UHGV virus genome: UHGV-0352991
Length of the DNA: 40,828 nt
Source of the DNA: a virus
Direction: 5' to 3' (one strand)
Shown here: positions 19,164 to 26,987 of the stretch, in pieces
How positions within the stretch are numbered: position 1 is the first letter of the stretch
Layout: every line of letters begins with the position of its first letter
Notes under the pieces: model-generated
What the model was told of the DNA's origin: nothing
The model's database searches: none
The model's input: the letters and a program-made list of their open reading frames with translations, nothing else
Made by a program: the position numbers and the translations under genes

Positions 19164-19666
19164 TATCCACCACCACGCATCTGCCGGATCAGGTCATCCA
19201 GCTTAGTCTGCTCTGCTTCCAATCCTGTAACTTCCAGCTTATCCTTAAACATGCCAAGATGCCGTCCCAGAAGCTCCAGAGCCTTTTCTTTATCATTTAA
19301 CTTAAGCTCTATACCGTTCTTTCCTTCTTTGATCCCGGCAATAGCCTTGATCTGATTCTCCGACAGTTTACTGGTATCCGTCAGGATCACGTTTCCATGA
19401 GAGATCTGTACAAAGTCTGTAGCCTTGGCAAAGGCGATCGCAGCCAGTTCTTCAATCACGCGGTCCTGTGTGACCTCCGTCCGTTTCTGGCGCTCCTGCA
19501 TGCGTTCTGAGATATAAGCTGCAACCTTAACATTTCTTAACAATCTTGTGGCTGCAGCTGCTGCAACTTCATCATTCTTCACTCTTGGATAAGCGACCTT
19601 GTAAGCCCGCGTGGCATTCAGGTCAATGAGATATTCATCTGCGAAAATCTTCTGTTTTTCTGTCAT
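19163..19666 (-). CDS. terS: Terminase small subunit
   Basis: N-terminus FADEYLIDLNATRAYKVAYP is typical of terminase small subunits. It overlaps terL. Confidence 0.7.
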   Translation of the reverse strand: MTEKQKIFADEYLIDLNATRAYKVAYPRVKNDEVAAAAATRLLRNVKVAAYISERMQERQKRTEVTQDRVIEELAAIAFAKATDFVQISHGNVILTDTSKLSENQIKAIAGIKEGKNGIELKLNDKEKALELLGRHLGMFKDKLEVTGLEAEQTKLDDLIRQMRGGG

Positions 19667-19689
19667 TTTGGGCTCACCTCGCTTTCGTC

Positions 19690-19730
19690 GGTTTTAGGTA
19701 TAGAAAAGGAGCCACGCTGGGTGACTCCTC
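19690..19730 (-). terminator. Intrinsic terminator after HEPN-like moron
   Basis: Stem GGAGTCACC...GTGGCTCC followed by a TTTTCTATACC run on the minus strand. Confidence 0.4.
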
Positions 19731-19743
19731 TGCATCGAAAATG

Positions 19744-20229
19744 TCAAGCATTAATTGGTAACAATTCTTTTTCTAGTAAAATTCTCTCACATTCTGTCTT
19801 TAACGCTCTTGCATACTCAAGTACGAACGAATAATGAGATGTCTTCTTCTCATATTCAAAATTGTATCTCCAAACTTCAAACAGCTCTTCTATGTCGGAC
19901 ACATATTCTTCGAAATGCTGTTTATCATATACACTATTTTTAAGATTATTTCTCGTTTCTTTCGAAAACATCTTATAAATATCGGTTTTTAATTTATGCC
20001 CACGTATTTCACTTCGCTGGCTACACGCATATGCAATTGACTTGCTAAACAACTCACACGCAAACACACCCATCGTAATCGTCGGACTAAGCAAATGTAA
20101 TTCACAGCGTTTTGAATCCATTTTTTCTGCGGCATCCAAATATTGAAGTGCCTCTTCATAGGCACCGATGGCTCGTACTTTGTAATCTGTTATCTTCGTT
20201 TCATCTTTTCGTCTCTCTAATAACCTCAT
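19744..20229 (-). CDS. HEPN-like (Rx5H motif) hypothetical protein, moron
   Basis: RSEIRGH motif within an alpha-helical protein. The gene is AT-rich relative to its neighbours and has its own terminator. Confidence 0.45.
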   Translation of the reverse strand: MRLLERRKDETKITDYKVRAIGAYEEALQYLDAAEKMDSKRCELHLLSPTITMGVFACELFSKSIAYACSQRSEIRGHKLKTDIYKMFSKETRNNLKNSVYDKQHFEEYVSDIEELFEVWRYNFEYEKKTSHYSFVLEYARALKTECERILLEKELLPINA

Positions 20230-20269
20230 ACTTTACCCCCTCTTTTCTTTTATCATACCTCAAATTCGA

Positions 20270-20320
20270 CAAAAGAAAAGCACCTATCTCACGACAGGCG
20301 CTTTCAAAAAGGAGAAGGAA
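20270..20320 (-). terminator. Hairpin + T-tract downstream of the tRNA
   Basis: GCGCCTGTCG...AGGTGC stem followed by TTTTCTTTTG on the minus strand. Confidence 0.35.
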
Positions 20321-20342
20321 ATACTGATAGCAACTAAAATCA

Positions 20343-20416
20343 TCGGAACGGAAGGATTCGAACCCTCGACACACTGGTTATAAGCCAGCTGCTCTTACCA
20401 ACTGAGCTACGTTCCA
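20343..20416 (-). tRNA. tRNA, anticodon UAU (Ile2-like, reads AUA); 74 nt, no encoded CCA
   Basis: Manual cloverleaf: acceptor UGGAACG/CGUUCCG, D-arm GCUC-AGUUGGUAA-GAGC, anticodon stem GCUGG/CCAGU with loop CUUAUAA, T-arm GAGGG-UUCGAAU-CCUUC. Confidence 0.6.
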
Positions 20417-20532
20417 AGGGGGAGACAGCAAGCTTTCACCTGCTGCCTAGTGGGGTTTGACGTAAGCCGCCGGCCGTATGCCTTTGGCTTCCACTCTATT
20501 GTATAACGACATCACCGACTAAACCGACCTTT

Positions 20533-20958
20533 TTATTCTATGCCGTGATCTTTCAAATAGGCATCACGTATATGCAGTCTTGGATAGTCTGGACTGTTGC
20601 TGTATCCAATCTTTGCGGCGATCCTGTCCCACGTCATCCCCTCTATGTAGAACATCCTGAACACATACCGTGCTTGACCGTCTTCAATGGATCTTATCCA
20701 GTCTTCCACGGCCTTACATCGTGCCTTCTTGTTATCCAGGATCTTCTCCCGGCGATCATGTAGCTTCCAGTCAAACCCAGGAACCGCCTTCGGTTGGGGA
20801 TAGCCCTTCCGGTAGTCCATAACAACACTGACACCGATCCCGTTATCCCCTTCCATCATTTCTACCAGTTCCAATTCCAAGACTACTATCTCCCTCTTAA
20901 GCTTTCGGTAACTGCTCAGAAGCTTCCTGGTTATCTTTATCTTCGCCAACGGTATCAC
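20533..20958 (-). CDS. ArpU/RinA-family late transcriptional regulator (sigma region-4-like)
   Basis: C-terminal YVFRMFYIEGMTWDRIAAKIGYSNS helix-turn-helix. It lies just upstream of the packaging module. Confidence 0.55.
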   Translation of the reverse strand: MIPLAKIKITRKLLSSYRKLKREIVVLELELVEMMEGDNGIGVSVVMDYRKGYPQPKAVPGFDWKLHDRREKILDNKKARCKAVEDWIRSIEDGQARYVFRMFYIEGMTWDRIAAKIGYSNSPDYPRLHIRDAYLKDHGIE

Positions 20959-21332
20959 CTCATTCCTGCTCTTGGTTTGTATGTACGTTCTCCCAGAAGA
21001 TATTCCTCTTCCTTCCTCTGTTGACCTAGAAGCTGCCGTAACCGGTTTAAGGTATCCCTGTTCTTCTGATCCTCGAAAAACTTCACCAGCTTCTCGTTCA
21101 TCTTTGCCATATCTTTATTAATTCGCCTGGTTCTTCTGCTCTGTTGAAGACTTGTTGCAATCCGGTTCCTTTCGTTCCGGTCCTTGGCAAATTCCATTTC
21201 ATGAAGAAAGTCCTGGAGACGCTTGTCCTCTTCAACGACCTTATCGCAAGCATACCTGTATTCTAAAATGCTCTCATCATAGTAGCTTAGAAACTCTTCC
21301 AGAGCCTGCGCCGGTGTCTTTCTCTTACTCAT
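20955..21332 (-). CDS. Hypothetical coiled-coil protein
   Basis: A charged, helical 125-aa ORF that overlaps the ArpU-like gene start. Confidence 0.45.
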   Translation of the reverse strand: MSKRKTPAQALEEFLSYYDESILEYRYACDKVVEEDKRLQDFLHEMEFAKDRNERNRIATSLQQSRRTRRINKDMAKMNEKLVKFFEDQKNRDTLNRLRQLLGQQRKEEEYLLGERTYKPRAGMR

Positions 21333-21421
21333 CTGGTACCCTCCTTAGCTCCGGATCCACGCAGAGGCTTGTCCCCGCATAGGCTGGCATCCTGGCTGAC
21401 CAGGTTGTAGGCTTCGGCCCG

Positions 21422-21583
21422 TTAATGATCGCATGGTCTGATGCGGCTATGGCACTTTTTCTTTGCAGCTGGTTTGCCTTTCTCTGGGCCTCTGACTTTA
21501 CTAATCCCATTCTTTATGTCCTCTCCCTTCTTACGCATGACAGCTATCACATACTCCACGTTGGGATTTACTCGTTTCCACAT
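21422..21583 (-). CDS. Hypothetical Lys-rich small protein (53 aa)
   Basis: Manual ORF with AGGAGA RBS directly after the MazG-like gene. It competes with track ORF 21325..21510, which has its own RBS. Confidence 0.25.
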   Translation of the reverse strand: MWKRVNPNVEYVIAVMRKKGEDIKNGISKVRGPEKGKPAAKKKCHSRIRPCDH

Positions 21584-21595
21584 TACGATAGTCTC

Positions 21596-21880
21596 CTACA
21601 ATTTACGCACTGCTTTCGCTCTTTTTTTAAAGCGTTCTAGTTTCTCTTGCATTTGCTTAAAATCAACTCCCAGTCCCATTTCTCCCGCACATTGAACTAC
21701 GTCGGTATACTCTTCTATCACAGCTGCACAAGCCTCTGGTAACGTTACTGGAGTAGGATTATCATCGCGTAAAATCCGTGCCGCTTTTAATGCTGCCTGT
21801 GCAAGTTCAGCCGACTCTTCTGCCAGTTGCTCCAGCATCGCTGCACTTCCAATTGCTTCAATCATCATTTTATATACCAT
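21596..21880 (-). CDS. MazG-like nucleotide pyrophosphohydrolase domain protein
   Basis: Small all-alpha protein with EESAELAQAALK ... EEYTDVVQ, matching the MazG EExxE and D motifs. Confidence 0.55.
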   Translation of the reverse strand: MVYKMMIEAIGSAAMLEQLAEESAELAQAALKAARILRDDNPTPVTLPEACAAVIEEYTDVVQCAGEMGLGVDFKQMQEKLERFKKRAKAVRKL

Positions 21881-21895
21881 CCTCTAAATTTCAGT

Positions 21896-22099
21896 TTACC
21901 GATGATACCAAACCATTTTACCATCAGCCATTTTCAGTTCTACCTTATCAGGATAGTTGCCACTATCTTTACAAGCATGGAACCTCATGTCATGGATTTC
22001 CAACGCAGCCTTATGGCTACCCTCGCACTTCTTACACTCACTCTTGTCTTTATACTGTGTGCCACAATGTTCACATACATATAACTGTAAACTCTTCAT
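21896..22099 (-). CDS. Zinc-finger small protein
   Basis: CEHCG...CKKCEGSH...HACK Cys/His pattern. Confidence 0.45.
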   Translation of the reverse strand: MKSLQLYVCEHCGTQYKDKSECKKCEGSHKAALEIHDMRFHACKDSGNYPDKVELKMADGKMVWYHR

Positions 22100-22126
22100 T
22101 GTTTACTTTCTCCTAAATCTTAACTT

Positions 22127-22366
22127 TCAGTTTACATCATTTGGCAATTGTGTTCCCTTCTTCTCATACAAAGCACAGCTAGACACATGGTGATGGATCC
22201 AGCCTGATCCGCATGTCCTCCGTTCTTTCCACGGTTCAAGATATACGAGGTTTCCGCCCATGCCACAGATGCCATATCTTACGCCATGTTTTAGACCGTC
22301 TTGTGGCTTACATCTCGGACATTCTGTACAATCCAGAAACTCTTTGTTCCCGATAAACACCGACAT
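22127..22366 (-). CDS. Cys-rich small protein
   Basis: CTECPRCKP...C..C...HHH pattern. Confidence 0.4.
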   Translation of the reverse strand: MSVFIGNKEFLDCTECPRCKPQDGLKHGVRYGICGMGGNLVYLEPWKERRTCGSGWIHHHVSSCALYEKKGTQLPNDVN

Positions 22367-22389
22367 TGCTTACTCCTCCAAATCTTAAT

Positions 22390-22590
22390 TTATTTTTTTT
22401 CCCATCTGATTTTTCGTTTCCATACGCCATCCATGCATCCGGTATGGAAGAACCAGCTGTCTCCTCTTTTGGTTTTTACATACTCAACATCGGTAAGGTC
22501 TCCATCCGGGCTCAGCTCCTGGCCGCATCCCTGACAAAAGACCTTTCCCGTTTGCCGGATCATGATGTTTCTTTTCTGCTTGTCTGTCAC
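22390..22590 (-). CDS. Zinc-ribbon small protein
   Basis: CQGCGQ ... HTGC motif. It overlaps the SNF2 helicase start. Confidence 0.45.
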   Translation of the reverse strand: MTDKQKRNIMIRQTGKVFCQGCGQELSPDGDLTDVEYVKTKRGDSWFFHTGCMDGVWKRKIRWEKK

Positions 22591-23975
22591 TTTGTTTCCT
22601 CCCGTATCTTACGGATCCGCGCCTTTAATGACTCCATGACCCAGTTCTGGACATCGTCCTTCCGCTGCAGGGCCTGCATGACATCCTCGTCGCGGGTTCC
22701 ACTGGTCACTAAATGATGGATGATCACCTTTTCCTGCTGCCCCTGCCGGTGCAGTCTCTTATTCGCCTGGGTGTATAACTCATAATTCCACGTCAAGCCA
22801 AACCAGATCACATGGTTCCCTCCCTGCTGCAGGTTTAACCCATAGGCACTGCTGGCCGGGTGCGCCAGGAGAACATCTACCTTTCTGGCATTCCAGTCAT
22901 CCTCATCCTGCGCATTTTTCAGTTCCCGGACACGCAGGTGCATCTTTTCCAGCGCCTGTAAGATCCGGGTCCTGTCATGCTGGTAATTATAAAACACCAG
23001 TGCCGGCTTTCCCTTCAGGGACTCGATCAGCTCTACAAACGCCTCAACCTTGCAGTTATGTATTTCGTGTACGCTGTGGGCCTCGTCATACAGGGCTCCG
23101 TTGGCCAGCTGCAGGAGTTTATTGCTGAGTGCGGCTGCACTGGTAACACTGATATCAGCCTCGTCTTCTGGAAGCTGCAGGACCATTTCGCGCTCCAGTT
23201 CGTCATAGGCTTTTCTGGATCTTACATCCAGTTCCACCGGGATTTCATGATAGGTGATATCCGGCAGCTGCAGGTAATCCTCAGCCTTCATGCTGATGCA
23301 GATATCCGAGATCTGGCCAAGGATGCTCTGTTCACTTCCAGGCTTAGCCTCGTAGCTGTACACCATGCCGTCAGCACCGCGCTTATCCGGCTGGAAGTAC
23401 CGCTCCCGAAACTGGGTGTATCTCTTTCCCAGGCGCTCCCCGCCATCCAGCAGATACACCTGGCTCCACAGATCATCCAGGCCGTTAGGTGACGGGGTAC
23501 CGGTAAGCTCTACCATGCGCTCGATCCTGTCCCCTACGCTTGCCAGAGCCTTAAACCGTTTGGCGCTGTGGCTCTTAAAACTGCTGGACTCATCCACGAT
23601 CACCATGTCAAACGGCCAGGCGTTCCGGTAATAATCTACCAGCCACACCACATTTTCCCGGTTGATGATATACAGATCCGCAGGTGTATTCAACGCCCGG
23701 ATCCTTTTTGCCTGGCTCCCCAGTACCGGGGATACCCGCAGCATACAGGTGTGGTCCCATTTTGCAGCTTCTCTCGTCCAGGTTCCTTCTGCTACCTTTT
23801 TGGGGGCAATGACCAGAACCCTGCGTACCAGGAACCGGTTGTACTTCAGTTCCTTGACTGCAGTCAGTGTTGTGACGGTCTTTCCAAGCCCCATATCCAG
23901 AAACAGGCCGATCTTTTTTACTTCCAGGATCCGGTTGATACAATGCTGCTGATACGCATGCGGCCTAAATATCAT
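22587..23975 (-). CDS. SNF2/DEAD-like family helicase
   Basis: Walker A LDMGLGKT, DExx box VIVDESS and C-terminal helicase motifs. Confidence 0.8.
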   Translation of the reverse strand: MIFRPHAYQQHCINRILEVKKIGLFLDMGLGKTVTTLTAVKELKYNRFLVRRVLVIAPKKVAEGTWTREAAKWDHTCMLRVSPVLGSQAKRIRALNTPADLYIINRENVVWLVDYYRNAWPFDMVIVDESSSFKSHSAKRFKALASVGDRIERMVELTGTPSPNGLDDLWSQVYLLDGGERLGKRYTQFRERYFQPDKRGADGMVYSYEAKPGSEQSILGQISDICISMKAEDYLQLPDITYHEIPVELDVRSRKAYDELEREMVLQLPEDEADISVTSAAALSNKLLQLANGALYDEAHSVHEIHNCKVEAFVELIESLKGKPALVFYNYQHDRTRILQALEKMHLRVRELKNAQDEDDWNARKVDVLLAHPASSAYGLNLQQGGNHVIWFGLTWNYELYTQANKRLHRQGQQEKVIIHHLVTSGTRDEDVMQALQRKDDVQNWVMESLKARIRKIREETK

Positions 23976-23992
23976 TTGTCCTCATCTCCTTC

Positions 23993-24346
23993 TCACAGAT
24001 TGAACCTGGTTGCTACTCTTGATGCCGCATCCAGATACCCATAATCCTCAAAGAACTCTCTGACACCAGACACCCCGTAAACTACTTTCACCGGCTGCCC
24101 TAATTCCCGCAGGTGTTTTATCTGTACCTGCTGCAGGGTGCTTAAAGTTCCGTTCTCCGCTTTCAGTTCTGTGAATACCGGCTGCCGTCCAGGCAGGACC
24201 ACGATCCGGTCAGGCACTCCTGCGTTGCCAGGGCTTGTCCATTTATAGGCCCGGCCGCCCAGTCTCTTAACCTCATCGACCAGGACTTTCTCAACGTCCC
24301 TTTCCCTCATAACACACCTCCGTATATTTTTATTACGCGCGCACAC
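23993..24346 (-). CDS. VRR-NUC domain nuclease
   Basis: GVPDRIVVL ... FTELKAENGTLSTLQ, matching the PD-(D/E)xK VRR-NUC signature. Confidence 0.65.
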   Translation of the reverse strand: MCARNKNIRRCVMRERDVEKVLVDEVKRLGGRAYKWTSPGNAGVPDRIVVLPGRQPVFTELKAENGTLSTLQQVQIKHLRELGQPVKVVYGVSGVREFFEDYGYLDAASRVATRFNL

Positions 24347-24364
24347 GTAACGCGTGTATATAAC

Positions 24365-24565
24365 CCTCGTATCATGTACGCCATGTACACCACGTATTCT
24401 ATATTTCTTTTATTTTTATACTCTCTATAGTAAGTTTGTAGTTTTGTAGTTATATAGTAGAAATTGCTAGGATTTATGCGGCTTTAAGGGTTCTACAAAG
24501 TCCACTACATTCTGACTACATTGAAAACTACAAAAACTACATAAACTACAAAAAATCTACAAACT
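24365..24565. repeat. Iteron-type origin of replication: CTACA(A/T) x7 with ~10-11 bp phasing plus two inverted TGTAG copies and an AT-rich tract
   Basis: CTACA copies start at 24493, 24504, 24516, 24528, 24537, 24546 and 24557. TGTAGTT copies start at 24436 and 24445. Inverted repeat ACACG-taacg-CGTGT and a CATGTAC x2 repeat lie upstream. The region is non-coding and adjacent to the primase gene. Confidence 0.5.
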
Positions 24566-24573
24566 TTTCTTTT

Positions 24574-26976
24574 CTATGTAGTCGGCCTTGAAAAACCTCT
24601 TTGTTGCCCATACGGTCCAAAATTGCGCGGTGTCCTTATCCGCTGCCATTTTCCATGCAGCAGAATGTTGTTGATCTCCATGCTGTCTGATCTCTTCATG
24701 TATTTGGGATCCCCGCCAAAACATTCCACCCATATCTCTACTGCGCATATCTTATCCCTTACGCGCAGCGTTCCTTCCGTATGCATGCCACCTGAAAGAA
24801 ACATGCGCCGCTTGATCACGTCCATCTGTTCCCAGTTTTCCGGCACCAGACGATCCAGAAAGCTCATGATCATGCCCTCTTTTCCGGATGCTTCCCTGTG
24901 CGTTTCCTGCTGTTCCACTGCCAGGACTTCTATCTCTTTTGGCATATAAAGTGCTTCACCGGCCGCCCAGTACGCATAAGCTTCAGCCCAGATCTGATCC
25001 ACTTCCTGCGACAGATCTTTCCAGACAGATCTCTTTGCTGGATTAACTCCCACGTCTACCGGCCAGAAACGCCGGTTCCCTGTCATGTCTTTTAAAAACT
25101 CGCTGTCATTGGATGTTCCGAAGAACACACACCGCCGCGGATACTTGTCCGTCCTGCGGCCGTATGCCGCCCGGTAGATATCCTCGGTCTTACTTAAAAA
25201 CTGTTTGATCACCTGGGTCTCCTGCTTCGTGAACGCGCTCAGTTCCCCTACTTCATTGATCCATGTTCCCTGGATCAGCTCCGCAGCCTCCTTCCCTTCA
25301 AAGGTCGTAAGACTGTCTGAGAACCACTGTTTACCCAGGATTGCAAGGAACGTACTCTTTCCGATCCCCTGTGGTCCGGTAAAGATCGGCATATAGTCAT
25401 ACTTCACGCCGCCGATCACGGCCCTTGCTACTGCAGCACAGAGGGATTTTCGCATGACAGCACGGGTATACGGCGTATCATCCGCGCCAAGATAATCGGA
25501 CAGCAGTGTGTCCACTCTTGGCTTTCCGTCCCACTGCAGCTCCTGCAGGTAATGCCTTACGTCATTGATCTTATTCTGGGCGCTGACGATCATCAGCGCA
25601 TGATCCAGCTTTTCCCTGCCCGTAAGGCCATAAAACACCTCCACGTAACGGTAAAAGCCCGCGTCATCCACATCCGTCCAGCGGCGCTTCTCATCCCTCT
25701 GGTCCCACGGCACACGTCCCAAGACCATGCCGCAGCTTGCAAATTCATCTGTAACGATCTTTCCCTTTAAAAGCGGGTCATTCTCCAGGACGATCACTGC
25801 ATTGTTAATGGTCTTTTCATATCGTCCATTCCCGTCCTTTGTCAGTTTGGTAAGCCATGAAAGGTCATAATCCAGTGCTGATGCTGTTTCCTGATCCGGC
25901 GTCTTAAACACTTCCCTCGCCTGCTCATAACGCTCCTTTGATAACAGATCCGATACGTTCGGATCATCCTGCGCCAGATGGCTCATCATCACAAACGAAG
26001 GCATCTTGCTGGCAGGTGTGCCCTCTTTCGCATCATTATCCTTATCCCCGAACATGTGGAGGCGGACCATGTCAAACGCGTTTACCAGCTGGCCGCTGCA
26101 CGGATCCGTTGCATGGTGGGAATACAGGAACAGATCCCCGTCATAGATCACGGCACCGCCGACTGTGGAGCCTCCTGTATAGGTGTATCGGCCGGGAATG
26201 GCTGTTTCCTCATACATCCCAGGGATGAATTTCTCCATTGCCTGGGTAATGGTATAAGTCCGGCAGAAAGCGCCGATGATGCCTCTCTTGGCTGTCGGGT
26301 TCTCCTGTCTTGCCAGGCGCCGGCGCTCGATCGCTTCCGATCCGGGGACCTGCGGCCACTGGCTTATATCGTGCCAGTCCCCATACATTCCCAGGACCCC
26401 GTCCAGGCTGCAGAACGGCTTATCGTAGACCTCAGCCACGTACTGGCTGTCACTGCTGCAGCTTGGCCAGTACATCAGCCTGGAAGCCTCAAAGGTTGTC
26501 GGATCGCAGAGCTCAATGCCGATCAGGGACGCCAGTTTTCTTGCTGCAGGTTCATATTCATCTGCGGTACCCGTCCGGTCAACCGGGATGATCACGCGCA
26601 GTCTCGGCGCATACCCGGAATGCTTCCTGGTACTGTAGACCGCAGCGGCACATCCAAGGCCGTCCACACGGCGCAGGATGTCTTCGGTCTGTCCTGTTGG
26701 TATATTGTCAAGATCAAGTGTGATCAGATCTCTTCCTGTCACGTTGGCAGCCTTGCGGCGGTCCCCGGCAAAGGTTCCTCCAACAAACCCACCGACATCC
26801 TTCAGTTCATCCTGCTGGGACTTCGGAAGGGCAAGGTACTGCTCCAGAGTCTCGGTCCCCCGGACCGGTGTTTTCAGCTTTTCCACAAACTCAGACCACA
26901 TGATCTCAGATTTCGGCCAGTGCGTGGCCTTTCTGGTCCCTGCAGTGCTGATCTGCAGTTTTCTGTTATACTGCAT
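24574..26976 (-). CDS. DNA primase/helicase (VirE-like N-terminus + P4/D5-type P-loop NTPase)
   Basis: Walker A GPQGIGKST, 800 aa, adjacent to the family-A polymerase. This is the typical phage replisome layout. Confidence 0.7.
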   Translation of the reverse strand: MQYNRKLQISTAGTRKATHWPKSEIMWSEFVEKLKTPVRGTETLEQYLALPKSQQDELKDVGGFVGGTFAGDRRKAANVTGRDLITLDLDNIPTGQTEDILRRVDGLGCAAAVYSTRKHSGYAPRLRVIIPVDRTGTADEYEPAARKLASLIGIELCDPTTFEASRLMYWPSCSSDSQYVAEVYDKPFCSLDGVLGMYGDWHDISQWPQVPGSEAIERRRLARQENPTAKRGIIGAFCRTYTITQAMEKFIPGMYEETAIPGRYTYTGGSTVGGAVIYDGDLFLYSHHATDPCSGQLVNAFDMVRLHMFGDKDNDAKEGTPASKMPSFVMMSHLAQDDPNVSDLLSKERYEQAREVFKTPDQETASALDYDLSWLTKLTKDGNGRYEKTINNAVIVLENDPLLKGKIVTDEFASCGMVLGRVPWDQRDEKRRWTDVDDAGFYRYVEVFYGLTGREKLDHALMIVSAQNKINDVRHYLQELQWDGKPRVDTLLSDYLGADDTPYTRAVMRKSLCAAVARAVIGGVKYDYMPIFTGPQGIGKSTFLAILGKQWFSDSLTTFEGKEAAELIQGTWINEVGELSAFTKQETQVIKQFLSKTEDIYRAAYGRRTDKYPRRCVFFGTSNDSEFLKDMTGNRRFWPVDVGVNPAKRSVWKDLSQEVDQIWAEAYAYWAAGEALYMPKEIEVLAVEQQETHREASGKEGMIMSFLDRLVPENWEQMDVIKRRMFLSGGMHTEGTLRVRDKICAVEIWVECFGGDPKYMKRSDSMEINNILLHGKWQRIRTPRNFGPYGQQRGFSRPTT

Positions 26977-26987
26977 CCCTTTTCCTC

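Noticed and set aside
24365-24565. Possible CRISPR array
   Set aside because: The repeats are only 5-7 bp with ~10-bp phasing and no spacers of CRISPR size, so this is an iteron origin rather than CRISPR.
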